Below, in pieces: positions 8,260-16,903 of a stretch of DNA of 64,000 nt. The position numbers and the translations under genes are program-made. The first letter of the stretch is position 1. Each line of letters begins with the position of its first letter. Origin of the DNA: Nannocystaceae bacterium ST9 (GTDB lineage: Bacteria > Myxococcota_A > Polyangia > Nannocystales > Nannocystaceae); the NCBI GenBank assembly GCA_048320885.1, contig JBLWFJ010000001.1, forward strand, positions 1,477,642 through 1,541,641, given 5' to 3'. A model generated the notes under the pieces. The model worked only from the letters and a program-made list of their open reading frames with translations, was not told the DNA's origin and did not search any database.

Positions 8260-9228
8260 TCAACCATCGGCCACGCTCCCGGGCTCGCGCCCACCCTCGA
8301 TCGCGGCGAGCAGCTCGGCCACGCGATCGAGCCCGTCGACACCCCAGGGCCACCAGGGCACGGTCAGCAGATCGGACCCGTCGCTCGGGTGGCGGCCGAG
8401 CCAGTCGGCGACGACCTGGGCTTGATCGTCGCCGCGCTGCCCGACCCGCGCGACCGCGGCGAACATGCGCGCGAGCGATCCGTCCTCGTCGAGCTCGCTC
8501 GCGGGCGGCTCGAGCGAGACGAACTCGCGCGGCCACAGCTTGTTGACCACGCGCGCGCCCACGCTCAGGCCGACCTCGACGCGCAGCGCCTCGGCCAGCT
8601 CGGCGAGCTCGGTCAGCGGCCAGATCTCGGGCAGCCCGACCAGCACCGCCTGACTGATCGCCGCGTCGCCGAGCGCCGCGCTGATCGCCGCCGCCTCGCG
8701 AGCGAGCGGACCTTCGGCCACGGTCTCGACGATCGCCCGCGGCACGCCGAGCACCAGCCGCAGGTGACCCGAGGCCGGACCGTCGAACACGACGACGTCG
8801 TGGCTGCGCGCACGCACGGCCTCGTGCCAGACCTTGCCGAGCACCGCGAAGTCGTCGAACCCGGGGATCGCCCGCAGCAGCCGCCGCACGACCTTGTTTC
8901 CAAACACCGCGTGCGAGAGCCGGTGGCTGTGGGTGACCAGCGCGCCGTACTCCTCGGCGCAGGTGGCCGGGACCAGCCGCTGGATCGAGAGACCGGGGGC
9001 GACCTCGACCGGCACGTCGGGCAAGCGCTCGCCGCCGAGCATCCACGCCAATCGATCGTCGTGGCCCGTGGTCGCGATCAGCACGCGTCGGCCTCGAGCC
9101 GCCAGCGCCATCCCGAGCAGCGCCGCCACGGTGGTTCGTCCGACCCCGCCCTTGCCGCTGACGATCAGCAAGCGACGAGCGCCGAGCTGCTCGAAGAGCT
9201 CGGCAGGCGGGCGTGGCTGCTCCGGCAC
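8260..9228 (-). CDS. ArsA-family ATPase (second copy)
   Basis: Walker A GKGGVGRTT. Same family as 6563..7678. Confidence 0.7.
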   Translation of the reverse strand: MPEQPRPPAELFEQLGARRLLIVSGKGGVGRTTVAALLGMALAARGRRVLIATTGHDDRLAWMLGGERLPDVPVEVAPGLSIQRLVPATCAEEYGALVTHSHRLSHAVFGNKVVRRLLRAIPGFDDFAVLGKVWHEAVRARSHDVVVFDGPASGHLRLVLGVPRAIVETVAEGPLAREAAAISAALGDAAISQAVLVGLPEIWPLTELAELAEALRVEVGLSVGARVVNKLWPREFVSLEPPASELDEDGSLARMFAAVARVGQRGDDQAQVVADWLGRHPSDGSDLLTVPWWPWGVDGLDRVAELLAAIEGGREPGSVADG

Positions 9229-9436
9229 CGGGCGGAAGGTGGCACAGCCGGAGTGAGCGAACCAGGGCGAAGCGCGAGGCGAGGGCAGCCGACGACTTGC
9301 CGAGCTCCGCTCGCCGACTCACCCTGCCGGTCGGGCCTTGACCGACGAGAGGGGCTTGCACGATCGTGCTCGTCCGCTCGCGCTCCCGTCGAGGAGCTCG
9401 CGTCGAGCGACGCGCCCATGGCGCCCAGGAGACACC

Positions 9437-10222
9437 GTGCCGGTCGAAATCAAGAGCAAGGAAGAAATCACCAAGATGCGGGCCACCTGCACGCTGGCCG
9501 CGTCGGTGCTCGACTTCATTCGGCCGCACGTGCAGCCGGGCGTGACCACCAACGCGCTCGACAAGCTCTGCCACCAATACATCCTCGACCACGGGGCCTA
9601 CCCCGCGCCGCTCAACTACAAGGGCTTCCCCAAGTCGATCTGCACCTCGGTCAACGAGGTGATCTGTCACGGCATCCCGAGCGACGACAAGGTCCTGCGC
9701 GACGGCGACATCATCAACATCGACATCACGACGATCCTCGACGGCTACTTCGGCGACACCTCGGAGATGTTCGCGGTCGGCGAGATCAGCGACGAGGCCC
9801 AGCACCTGATCGACGTGACCCGGCAGTCGATGTGGCTGGGCATCCTCGAGGTCGCGCCCAACAAGCGGATCGGCGACATCGGGGCCGCGATCGTCGAGTT
9901 CGCCCACGCCAAGCACAGCTACGCGGTCGTCGAGGCGTTCTGCGGGCACGGGATCGGCCGCGAGTTCCACATGGCCCCGCAGATCCCCCACGTCGGCAAG
10001 CGCGGCAACGGCATGCGCGTGCGACCGGGCATGACCTTCACGATCGAGCCGATGATCAACCAGGGCACCCCGCACTGCACGATCCTCGACGACAACTGGA
10101 CCGCGATCACCCGCGACGGCAAGCTCAGCGCCCAGGTCGAGCACACGATCCTCGTGACCGACGAGGGGTACGAGGTGCTGACCATGCGCGAGAGCGCTTG
10201 GCGTCCTTCCGACGCTCGCTGA
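9437..10222 (+). CDS. map: methionine aminopeptidase type I
   Basis: Collinear with E. coli MAP: KSKEEITKMR, the metal-ligand region CHGIPS..DGDIINIDIT..., EHTILVT. Start taken as the in-frame GTG that matches the family's N-terminus. Confidence 0.85.
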   Translation: MPVEIKSKEEITKMRATCTLAASVLDFIRPHVQPGVTTNALDKLCHQYILDHGAYPAPLNYKGFPKSICTSVNEVICHGIPSDDKVLRDGDIINIDITTILDGYFGDTSEMFAVGEISDEAQHLIDVTRQSMWLGILEVAPNKRIGDIGAAIVEFAHAKHSYAVVEAFCGHGIGREFHMAPQIPHVGKRGNGMRVRPGMTFTIEPMINQGTPHCTILDDNWTAITRDGKLSAQVEHTILVTDEGYEVLTMRESAWRPSDAR

Positions 10223-10240
10223 CGCCTTGCGTCAGAAGGC

Positions 10241-12361
10241 TCAGTTCCAGGTCGGCAAGAACGACTGCTCGCGGCCGTACTCGAGCATCTGCTCGGTGAA
10301 GTCGGCCGGGTAGTCGATCCGCACGTCGACGATCTCGTCGCCCTCCATGACCGGGACCAGCCGCGGCTGAAGGAACCCGGCGTAGGGCGCGATGCCCAGT
10401 CCGGCGTAGCGGCGCAGCACCTGCTCGTGCAGATCGCGATCGACCTTCACGCCGTAGGTCTCGATCAGCGCCTTGCCGGCCGCGGTGTCGCCCTGCGACT
10501 TGATCCGCTGGATCTCGCGCAGGAGCTGGCCGAAGAGCGCGCGCAGCTTGGCGTAGTCGCGGATCACGAAGAAGGTCTCGCCCTCGCGCTCGAGCTTCTC
10601 GATCACGTTGTCGGGCTTGCCTTGCTCGTAGGCCCAGAGCGCGACCAGCTGGCGGTTGCGCATGTGCGACTCTTCGAGCTGCTCGCCGAGTTCGAGCCGC
10701 GAGAGCTGGATCAGCAGGCCGTTGCGGACGTAGCTGTCGTACTCGGCCTTGCCGACCTCGAGCGAGGGCATCAGGCCGAGCTCGACCAGCTTGGGATCCA
10801 TCACGTAGTAGAGCGCGACCAGATCGGCGCGGGCCTCCTCGAGTGCGCTGGCGTGGGCGCCGAGCGTCTGTTTGGGCGTGCCGACGCCGGGCTCGAGCTG
10901 GCCCGAGGCGTGGCCGATGACCTCGTGCATGTCGACGTGCAGCTTGGCGGCGAGCGGCCCGAACTGCTCGGCCCGCTCGCGCTCCTCCGGCGAGGCGCAG
11001 AACTCCTCGAGCACGCCGCCGCCGGCCCGCCCGAAGTCGTAGGCCTCGACGATGTTGCCGAGGTTGACCGACTTGCTGCCGTGCTTGGTGCGGATCCAGT
11101 TGGCGTTGGGCAGGTTGATGCCGATCGGCGTGCTCGGGGCCGCGTCGCCGGCCTCGACGACCACGGTCACGACCTTGGCCGAGATCCCGACCACGTCGGG
11201 CTTCTTGTGGGCGTCGATCAGCGGCGCGTTGTCTTCGAACCACTGGGCCTGCCCGGCGATCGTCGCGATCCGCTTGGTCGCCTCGGCGTCCTGGAACGAG
11301 ACCACGCCCTCCCAGGTCCCGCGGTAGCCGATCGCGTCGTCGTAGACCTCGATGAACCCGTTGATCGTGTCGAAGCGCGACTGCGTGTCGGCGACCCAGG
11401 CGACGTTGTACTCGTCGAACTTGCGCAGGTCGCCGGTCTCGTAATAGGCGATCAGCAGCTCGAGCGCGCGCTTCTGTTCGGGGGTCTCGGCGATCGCGGC
11501 CGCCTTCGCCAGCCAGCCGATGATCTCGCGGATCGCCGGCCCGTACATGCCCTGCGCCGACCAGACCTGCTCGACCAGCTTGGCCTTCTTGCCCTTGCCC
11601 TCGCGGACGAGCTTCGAGTTCAGGCCCAGCGAGATCGGCTCGGGGTCGTTGGGGTCGAGCTGCTTGGCGTAGAACTTCTGGACCTCGGCGGCCGTGATCC
11701 CGGGCGCGTAGAAATTCGACGCCGAGTCGGCGACCGGGTCGGCCCCCTCGTCGCGGTTGGTCCGCTTGGCCGCGATCTTCGGGTCGAAGATCATCGGGCC
11801 GATCGTCGCGAGCAGGGCGTCGACGCTCTCGCCCTCGCGCAGCGGCAGCAGGGCCGGATCGAGGCTGCGCACGGCCTGCTCGAACCACGCCTGGGCGAAG
11901 CCGGGCTCGAGCTTCTTGCTCGAGTAGTGGTGGTGGATCCCGTTCGAGAACCACACCCGCTTGGCGTACTCGTGCAGGGCCATGAACTCGGGGCCGGCGC
12001 GCTCGCCCTGCCAGTGCTCGACCAGGGCGTCGAGCGTGCGACGGATCGCCAGGTTGCCGGCGTACTTCTGATCGTAAGTGATGTCGCGGCCGGCCAGCGC
12101 GGCCCGGTAGAGGTAGTAGGCCAGCCGCTTTTGCTCGATCGGCAGCTCGGCGAAGCCGGGCACGCGATAGCGGAGGACCTCGACGTCGGCGAAGCGATCG
12201 ACCGACCAGTCGAACTCGGGCTGCAGATCGACCGGCGGATCCTCGTCGGGCGTCTCGACGCGGGTGTCGGGCGGCTCGGTGTTCGGCTTGGTCTCGCAGG
12301 CGAGCGAGGTCGGGAGCGCGAGCGTGAGCAGGAGGGCGAACGAGAGACGCGAGGTCGACAC
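10241..12361 (-). CDS. M49-family (dipeptidyl-peptidase III-like) zinc peptidase, lipoprotein
   Basis: HEVIGH ... EEARADL (HExxGH + EExxAE) zinc-binding pair. Lipobox LPTSLAC. Confidence 0.7.
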   Translation of the reverse strand: MSTSRLSFALLLTLALPTSLACETKPNTEPPDTRVETPDEDPPVDLQPEFDWSVDRFADVEVLRYRVPGFAELPIEQKRLAYYLYRAALAGRDITYDQKYAGNLAIRRTLDALVEHWQGERAGPEFMALHEYAKRVWFSNGIHHHYSSKKLEPGFAQAWFEQAVRSLDPALLPLREGESVDALLATIGPMIFDPKIAAKRTNRDEGADPVADSASNFYAPGITAAEVQKFYAKQLDPNDPEPISLGLNSKLVREGKGKKAKLVEQVWSAQGMYGPAIREIIGWLAKAAAIAETPEQKRALELLIAYYETGDLRKFDEYNVAWVADTQSRFDTINGFIEVYDDAIGYRGTWEGVVSFQDAEATKRIATIAGQAQWFEDNAPLIDAHKKPDVVGISAKVVTVVVEAGDAAPSTPIGINLPNANWIRTKHGSKSVNLGNIVEAYDFGRAGGGVLEEFCASPEERERAEQFGPLAAKLHVDMHEVIGHASGQLEPGVGTPKQTLGAHASALEEARADLVALYYVMDPKLVELGLMPSLEVGKAEYDSYVRNGLLIQLSRLELGEQLEESHMRNRQLVALWAYEQGKPDNVIEKLEREGETFFVIRDYAKLRALFGQLLREIQRIKSQGDTAAGKALIETYGVKVDRDLHEQVLRRYAGLGIAPYAGFLQPRLVPVMEGDEIVDVRIDYPADFTEQMLEYGREQSFLPTWN

Positions 12362-12434
12362 GCGCGAGGCGTGCCACCCGACCCCGCGCGAGTCAAGCCA
12401 CTCGATTCAGGCCACCCGCTTCAGGCCACCCGCT

Positions 12435-13556
12435 TCAGGCCCCGAGAGTCGAGCCCTGCGCGTCGGGCATGCGCAGGTCCTCGAACTGCGCGTAGACGAA
12501 TCCGAACTCGCGGCGAATCGCCTCGTCGGAGAGCCCGAACGCGGCCGCCGAGTAGCGGTGCTGCGAGGCGTAGTCGCCCTGCTTGCCGGCCTGCTCGCGC
12601 AGCAGCAGCTCGGTGGCCGCGTCGAGCTCGATGTCGAGGAAGCGAGCGACGCGGGTCATCGTGCCCTCGAAGTCGCTGAACAGGCTCGGATAGGTGAGGA
12701 TCAGCGTGTCGGACTCGGCCCGGCGAGCCTCGACGCAGAGCCGGCGATAGTAGACCGCCGAAGTCCGGACCAGGTTGTCGAAGTAGCGCTTGCGCAGCGA
12801 CTCGCTCTGCGCGTCGATGTCGTTGATCCGGCGCTGGATCCCGTGCTCGAGCGAGCACATCGACACGACCGACTCGACCGGATCGCGGACGATCAGCAGG
12901 AACTTCGCGCCGGGGAACTGCGCGCGGACCTGGTCCATGTTGAAGAGCAGGCAGAACGACTTGCTGAACATCCGCAGGCCGCTGCGGTGGACCGCCCGGC
13001 GATAGACCGCGGCCAGGTAGCGGACGAAGCGGGGCTTCTCGACGGTCTCGGCCAGCGCCCGCTCGAACGCCGCGTCGTCGGGGTACTCGCGCCAGGCGTG
13101 GAAGTAGATCCACGAGAGCAGCCCGTCGAAGTAGCGCATCGAGAGCGCGATGTCGTCGGTCTCGGCCGCGAAGAACCCGGTCTCGTGGATGTTGGGATCG
13201 TAGACGCGATCGAAGGACACCCGCTGCATGAAGCGCAGGAAGGGCCGCAGCAGCAGCCGAGCCGTCAACGCCGGAAACACCATCTCCCACAGCAGCAGCG
13301 AGCGAAACGGGAAGGTCTCGGTCAGCCAGCGGTGCAGGAAGGTCGTGCCGCTGCGCAGGTGGCCGATCAAAAACACCGGGCGATCGAGCGGCGTCCGGAC
13401 CCCGCGAGGAAAGAACAGGTGATCGAGCGCGAGCGTGAGCGCGGTGAACGAGGTCAACGCGATCCGAAACCCGAGCAGGCCGAGCTGGCGCCAGCGAAAC
13501 CCGAACACCTCGATCAGCAGCAGGACGACGCGGAAGCTGTTGATCAGCCCGGTCAT
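12435..13556 (-). CDS. membrane-anchored sulfotransferase (PAPS-dependent family)
   Basis: 5'-PSB-like LIGHLRSGTTFL and 3'-PB-like RDPVESVVS motifs. N-terminal hydrophobic helices. Start ATG overlaps the stop of the upstream type III PKS (ATGA). Confidence 0.7.
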   Translation of the reverse strand: MTGLINSFRVVLLLIEVFGFRWRQLGLLGFRIALTSFTALTLALDHLFFPRGVRTPLDRPVFLIGHLRSGTTFLHRWLTETFPFRSLLLWEMVFPALTARLLLRPFLRFMQRVSFDRVYDPNIHETGFFAAETDDIALSMRYFDGLLSWIYFHAWREYPDDAAFERALAETVEKPRFVRYLAAVYRRAVHRSGLRMFSKSFCLLFNMDQVRAQFPGAKFLLIVRDPVESVVSMCSLEHGIQRRINDIDAQSESLRKRYFDNLVRTSAVYYRRLCVEARRAESDTLILTYPSLFSDFEGTMTRVARFLDIELDAATELLLREQAGKQGDYASQHRYSAAAFGLSDEAIRREFGFVYAQFEDLRMPDAQGSTLGA

Positions 13557-14629
13557 TGCGCTTCCCACTCGTAGAGCGCGGCGCCCATGTAGTAGCCGGC
13601 CCCGAACGAGACGATCATGCCCTTGCGCCCGTGCTTGCCGGACGGGTCCTCGGCGAAGAAGCTGTCGAGCACGAACAGGCAGCTCGGCGCGCTGAAGTTG
13701 CCGTGGCGCCGGAAGAGTCGGGTCGCGCGATCGAGCTGGGCGCTCGACAGCCCGAGCAGCTCGGGCTTGCGGAACTCGGCGAGGATCGGCAGCCCGCCTT
13801 GGTGCATCGCCCACTCGTCGATCTCGCCGACCTCGAGCCCATGCCGGGCGAGCATCGGTCGGATCAGCCGCTCGCTGACCATGCGCGGGACCTCGTGCCT
13901 GAGCTCGTCGGTGAACACCAGCCGGCCCGCGTCCATCCACACCGACGCGCCCGGCACGAAGTCGCAGGCGACGTCGAGCAGGCGCATCAGCGGGCGTCGA
14001 AAGGCCCGCCGCAGCGAGCGAGGCGCGAGCAGCAGGCCGGCCGCGCCGTCCGAGAAGAGCAGGCTGGTCCGCAGGTGCTCGCGAAAGTCGACCTGCGCGG
14101 GATCGCGGACCGGATCGACGATCCACGAGCACTGATCGAACACGCAGAGCGCGGCCAGTCGCTCGCGCTCTCGACAGTAGCGAAACCCGCTCTCGAGCGA
14201 GAAGAGCCCGCCGGCGCAGCCGTAGAACGCCCGCTCTTCGGGCGGCACGTCGAGCGCCAGCGGGACCGCGCTGGCGACCTGGGCCGCGAGGCTCGGCAGC
14301 AGGTCGGCGCTCGACGAGACGTTGTAGGCCACGCCGAGGAAGCCGATGTCGCGCGCGACCGGGCTCGAGGTCGACAGCTCCTCGACCATCCCGCGGCACC
14401 ACTCGAGCGGTCGATACTCCGGGCGCGCCAGGGTTCGATTCGGGAACGCGTCGGGGTCGAGCACCGACGAGCGCGACTCGATGCCGACGACCTGGGCCGC
14501 GCGTCGGGCCAGTCGATTGATCCGGCCCTGCGCGAGCGAGGGCGGATAGAGCACGTCCATGCACTCCTCGGGGCTGAACAGCCGCGGGAGCCGGGTGGTG
14601 ATCCCGGCGATGTAGACTGCGTCCGACAT
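13553..14629 (-). CDS. type III polyketide synthase (chalcone/stilbene synthase family)
   Basis: Catalytic triad contexts match CHS: GCAGG (Cys), WAMHQGGLPIL (His), GNFSAPSCLFVLD (Asn). Confidence 0.8.
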   Translation of the reverse strand: MSDAVYIAGITTRLPRLFSPEECMDVLYPPSLAQGRINRLARRAAQVVGIESRSSVLDPDAFPNRTLARPEYRPLEWCRGMVEELSTSSPVARDIGFLGVAYNVSSSADLLPSLAAQVASAVPLALDVPPEERAFYGCAGGLFSLESGFRYCRERERLAALCVFDQCSWIVDPVRDPAQVDFREHLRTSLLFSDGAAGLLLAPRSLRRAFRRPLMRLLDVACDFVPGASVWMDAGRLVFTDELRHEVPRMVSERLIRPMLARHGLEVGEIDEWAMHQGGLPILAEFRKPELLGLSSAQLDRATRLFRRHGNFSAPSCLFVLDSFFAEDPSGKHGRKGMIVSFGAGYYMGAALYEWEAQ

Positions 14630-14779
14630 GCGCCTGCTCGGGTCGGCGATTGGAGCATGAACCCGAGAGCGGGTGCCAGCACGCGTGCGCGCGCGGACAG
14701 GCCAGTCCTCACGCCCTGCGCGATTCGATTTGTCGACGGAAGCGCGACGAGCCCAATCGCGCTTCCATCGAGTTCGCGG

Positions 14780-15877
14780 CTACATCGCCAACGGCACGCA
14801 GGTCGAGACGCCCGCGCCGACGATCCGGATCGGCGCCTGCGCGACCACGGTCGAGAGCGCCTTGGTGTCGTCGTAGTCGTAGTGCGTGACCTTCGAGAAG
14901 GTCGGGTTGTTGCCCTCGGTGAACAGGTAGAAGTCGCCGCCGTAGAACCCGAACGCGAACGCGTTGGTCAGGTTCATGTTGAGCTGCTCGACCGCGATCA
15001 CCTGCGCGTTGGACTTGTCGTACTCGACCAGCTTGGCCGGCGCGCCGGCGAACGCGAAGAGCCGGCCGTCGCCCGTGCCGGTCAGCTCGCCGCCGTTGTA
15101 GTCGATGAAGTCGATCTCGGTCATCGTCAGGGTCTCCGGGTCGAGCCGCCCGAGCCGCCCGGTGTTCGGGCCCTCGGTGAACCCGCCCTGGCCGTTCCAG
15201 CTGTGCGCGTAGAGCTTGTCGCAGGGATCGAACTGATCGTTGGACACGAAGCCCATGCCGAACTTGTTGAACCCGAGCTGACCCGGCTGGTACATCGGGT
15301 CGAGGCACATGTTCGGGTTGTTGACGTCGATCGTGTAGATGTCGTCGTTCTGGAACATCACGTGGGCGATGCCGTTGCGATCGACCGACATCGAGAACGC
15401 CTGATTCTGCGGGCAGCCGAGGTTCGCGGCGATCATCGCGAACTGGTTGTTGACCGGGTCGTAGCTCCACAGCTCGCCGTCGTCGGACAGCACGTAGATC
15501 AGGTCGGTGTTCTCGGCGCAGTCGCAGATCGGCATGCCGGTGTCGGTGCCCGAGTCGGTGCCCGTGCCCGAGTCCGTGCCCGAGTCCGTCGACGAGTCCG
15601 TCGACGAGTCCGTGCCCGAGTCCGTCGACGACGAGTCCGTGCCCGAGTCCGTCGACGACGAATCCGTGCCCGAGTCCGTGAGCGAATCCGTACCGGCGTC
15701 CGTGCCAGAATCCGACGAGCCGCTCTCGCTCGCCGACGAGCTCGACTCTTCGGCGGTCGAGCCCGAGTCGCTGTCGGTGTCGCCGACGTCGTCGTCGGGC
15801 TCGCTCGGCTCGTTGCCGCAGCCGAGCAGAGAGAAGGTCGTAGTCAAGGAGAGTGGAACGAGCCAACCGAGTCGCAT
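14780..15877 (-). CDS. secreted lipoprotein with Ser/Thr/Asp-rich linker, unknown function
   Basis: Signal peptide with lipobox LLGC, (SGTDS)n low-complexity linker, then a Cys-containing globular domain. The long alternative-frame ORF 14709..17543 was rejected. Confidence 0.5.
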   Translation of the reverse strand: MRLGWLVPLSLTTTFSLLGCGNEPSEPDDDVGDTDSDSGSTAEESSSSASESGSSDSGTDAGTDSLTDSGTDSSSTDSGTDSSSTDSGTDSSTDSSTDSGTDSGTGTDSGTDTGMPICDCAENTDLIYVLSDDGELWSYDPVNNQFAMIAANLGCPQNQAFSMSVDRNGIAHVMFQNDDIYTIDVNNPNMCLDPMYQPGQLGFNKFGMGFVSNDQFDPCDKLYAHSWNGQGGFTEGPNTGRLGRLDPETLTMTEIDFIDYNGGELTGTGDGRLFAFAGAPAKLVEYDKSNAQVIAVEQLNMNLTNAFAFGFYGGDFYLFTEGNNPTFSKVTHYDYDDTKALSTVVAQAPIRIVGAGVSTCVPLAM

Positions 15878-15982
15878 GCCGCACCCTATCACGAGCACGA
15901 TGCGGGGTGGCCGTGTCGTCGAGAGCGGCGCGACGAGCGACGAGCTCGCTGACGAGGCGAGCTCGCGATGTCGCAGTGCCAA

Positions 15983-16903
15983 TCAGCTGGGCCGGCGCTC
16001 GGTCAACGCTCGGATCAGCCAGCGCCCCGCGGGCCCGGGCGGCGCAGCGGCGCGATGCAGCAAGAGCATCTCGACCAGATAGGGTTCGCTGCCCCACTCG
16101 CTCACGACGATCCGCGCGAGCCGACCGGACGCGAGCTCGTCCTCGATCATGTGCGCCGGCATGTTGCCCCAGCCGAAGCCCGCGAGCAGGCAGGCCTGCT
16201 TGGCCGGCAGATCGGCGAGCCGCCAGTTGTTGTCGCCGGCGACCGACATGTCGAGACCGGCCGTCAGCGGCGAGCGATCGGTGAGCACCAGCTGGGTGTG
16301 GCTGCGGACCTCGGCGAGCCCGAGCGGCCCGGTCGTGCGCGCGAGCGGGTGGTTGGTCGCGCAGACCGTGACCAGCTGGATCGGCCACAGCGGCGTGCGC
16401 TCGAGCCCCGGCGGGAACTCGGGCAGCGGCTCGCTGATCCCGAAGTGGACCACGCCCTCGGCGACCAGCTGCGCGACGGCCCCGAGCGCCTCGGTCCGCA
16501 GATGCAGCGGCACGGTCGGATACTCGCGGCGAAACGCCGCGAGCACGTCGAGCAGGATCGCCATCGGGAAGAAGGGATCGACCGCGATCGCCAGGCGCGG
16601 CTCGACCCCCTCGCGCAGCTGACGAGCGCGCGCGAGCAGACGATCGACGCGGGCGTCGACCATGCGGGCGTCGTCGAGCAGCGCGCGGCCGGCCTCGGTC
16701 AGCACCGGCTTGCGACCGTTGCGATCGAAGAGCTCGAGCTCGAGCAGGCGCTCGAGGTTGGCGATCGCGTAGCTGATCGCCGACTGAGCCCGGGCGAGTC
16801 GCTTGGCCGCGCCCGAGAAGCTGCCGGTCTCGACGATGGCCAGAAACACCGAGAGCTGGTCGAGGGTGATGGGCTCGCTGGTCACGGTCGCCATGTTCGG
16901 CAT
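15983..16903 (-). CDS. LysR-family transcriptional regulator
   Basis: N-terminal wHTH (LDQLSVFLAIVETGSFSGAAKRLARAQSAISYAIANLE) plus a LysR substrate-binding domain. Confidence 0.85.
   Translation of the reverse strand: MPNMATVTSEPITLDQLSVFLAIVETGSFSGAAKRLARAQSAISYAIANLERLLELELFDRNGRKPVLTEAGRALLDDARMVDARVDRLLARARQLREGVEPRLAIAVDPFFPMAILLDVLAAFRREYPTVPLHLRTEALGAVAQLVAEGVVHFGISEPLPEFPPGLERTPLWPIQLVTVCATNHPLARTTGPLGLAEVRSHTQLVLTDRSPLTAGLDMSVAGDNNWRLADLPAKQACLLAGFGWGNMPAHMIEDELASGRLARIVVSEWGSEPYLVEMLLLHRAAAPPGPAGRWLIRALTERRPS

Noticed and set aside
8018-10144. 708-aa minus-strand ORF over map and the second ArsA gene
   Set aside because: A wrong-frame/antisense artefact. map (plus strand) and the ArsA-like gene (minus, other frame) have clear family motifs.
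12435-14564. 709-aa single ORF read as one protein
   Set aside because: An in-frame fusion artefact. It is actually two genes (type III PKS 13553..14629 and sulfotransferase 12435..13556). The PKS is in a different frame, and the N-terminal portion of the long ORF is wrong-frame over the PKS gene.
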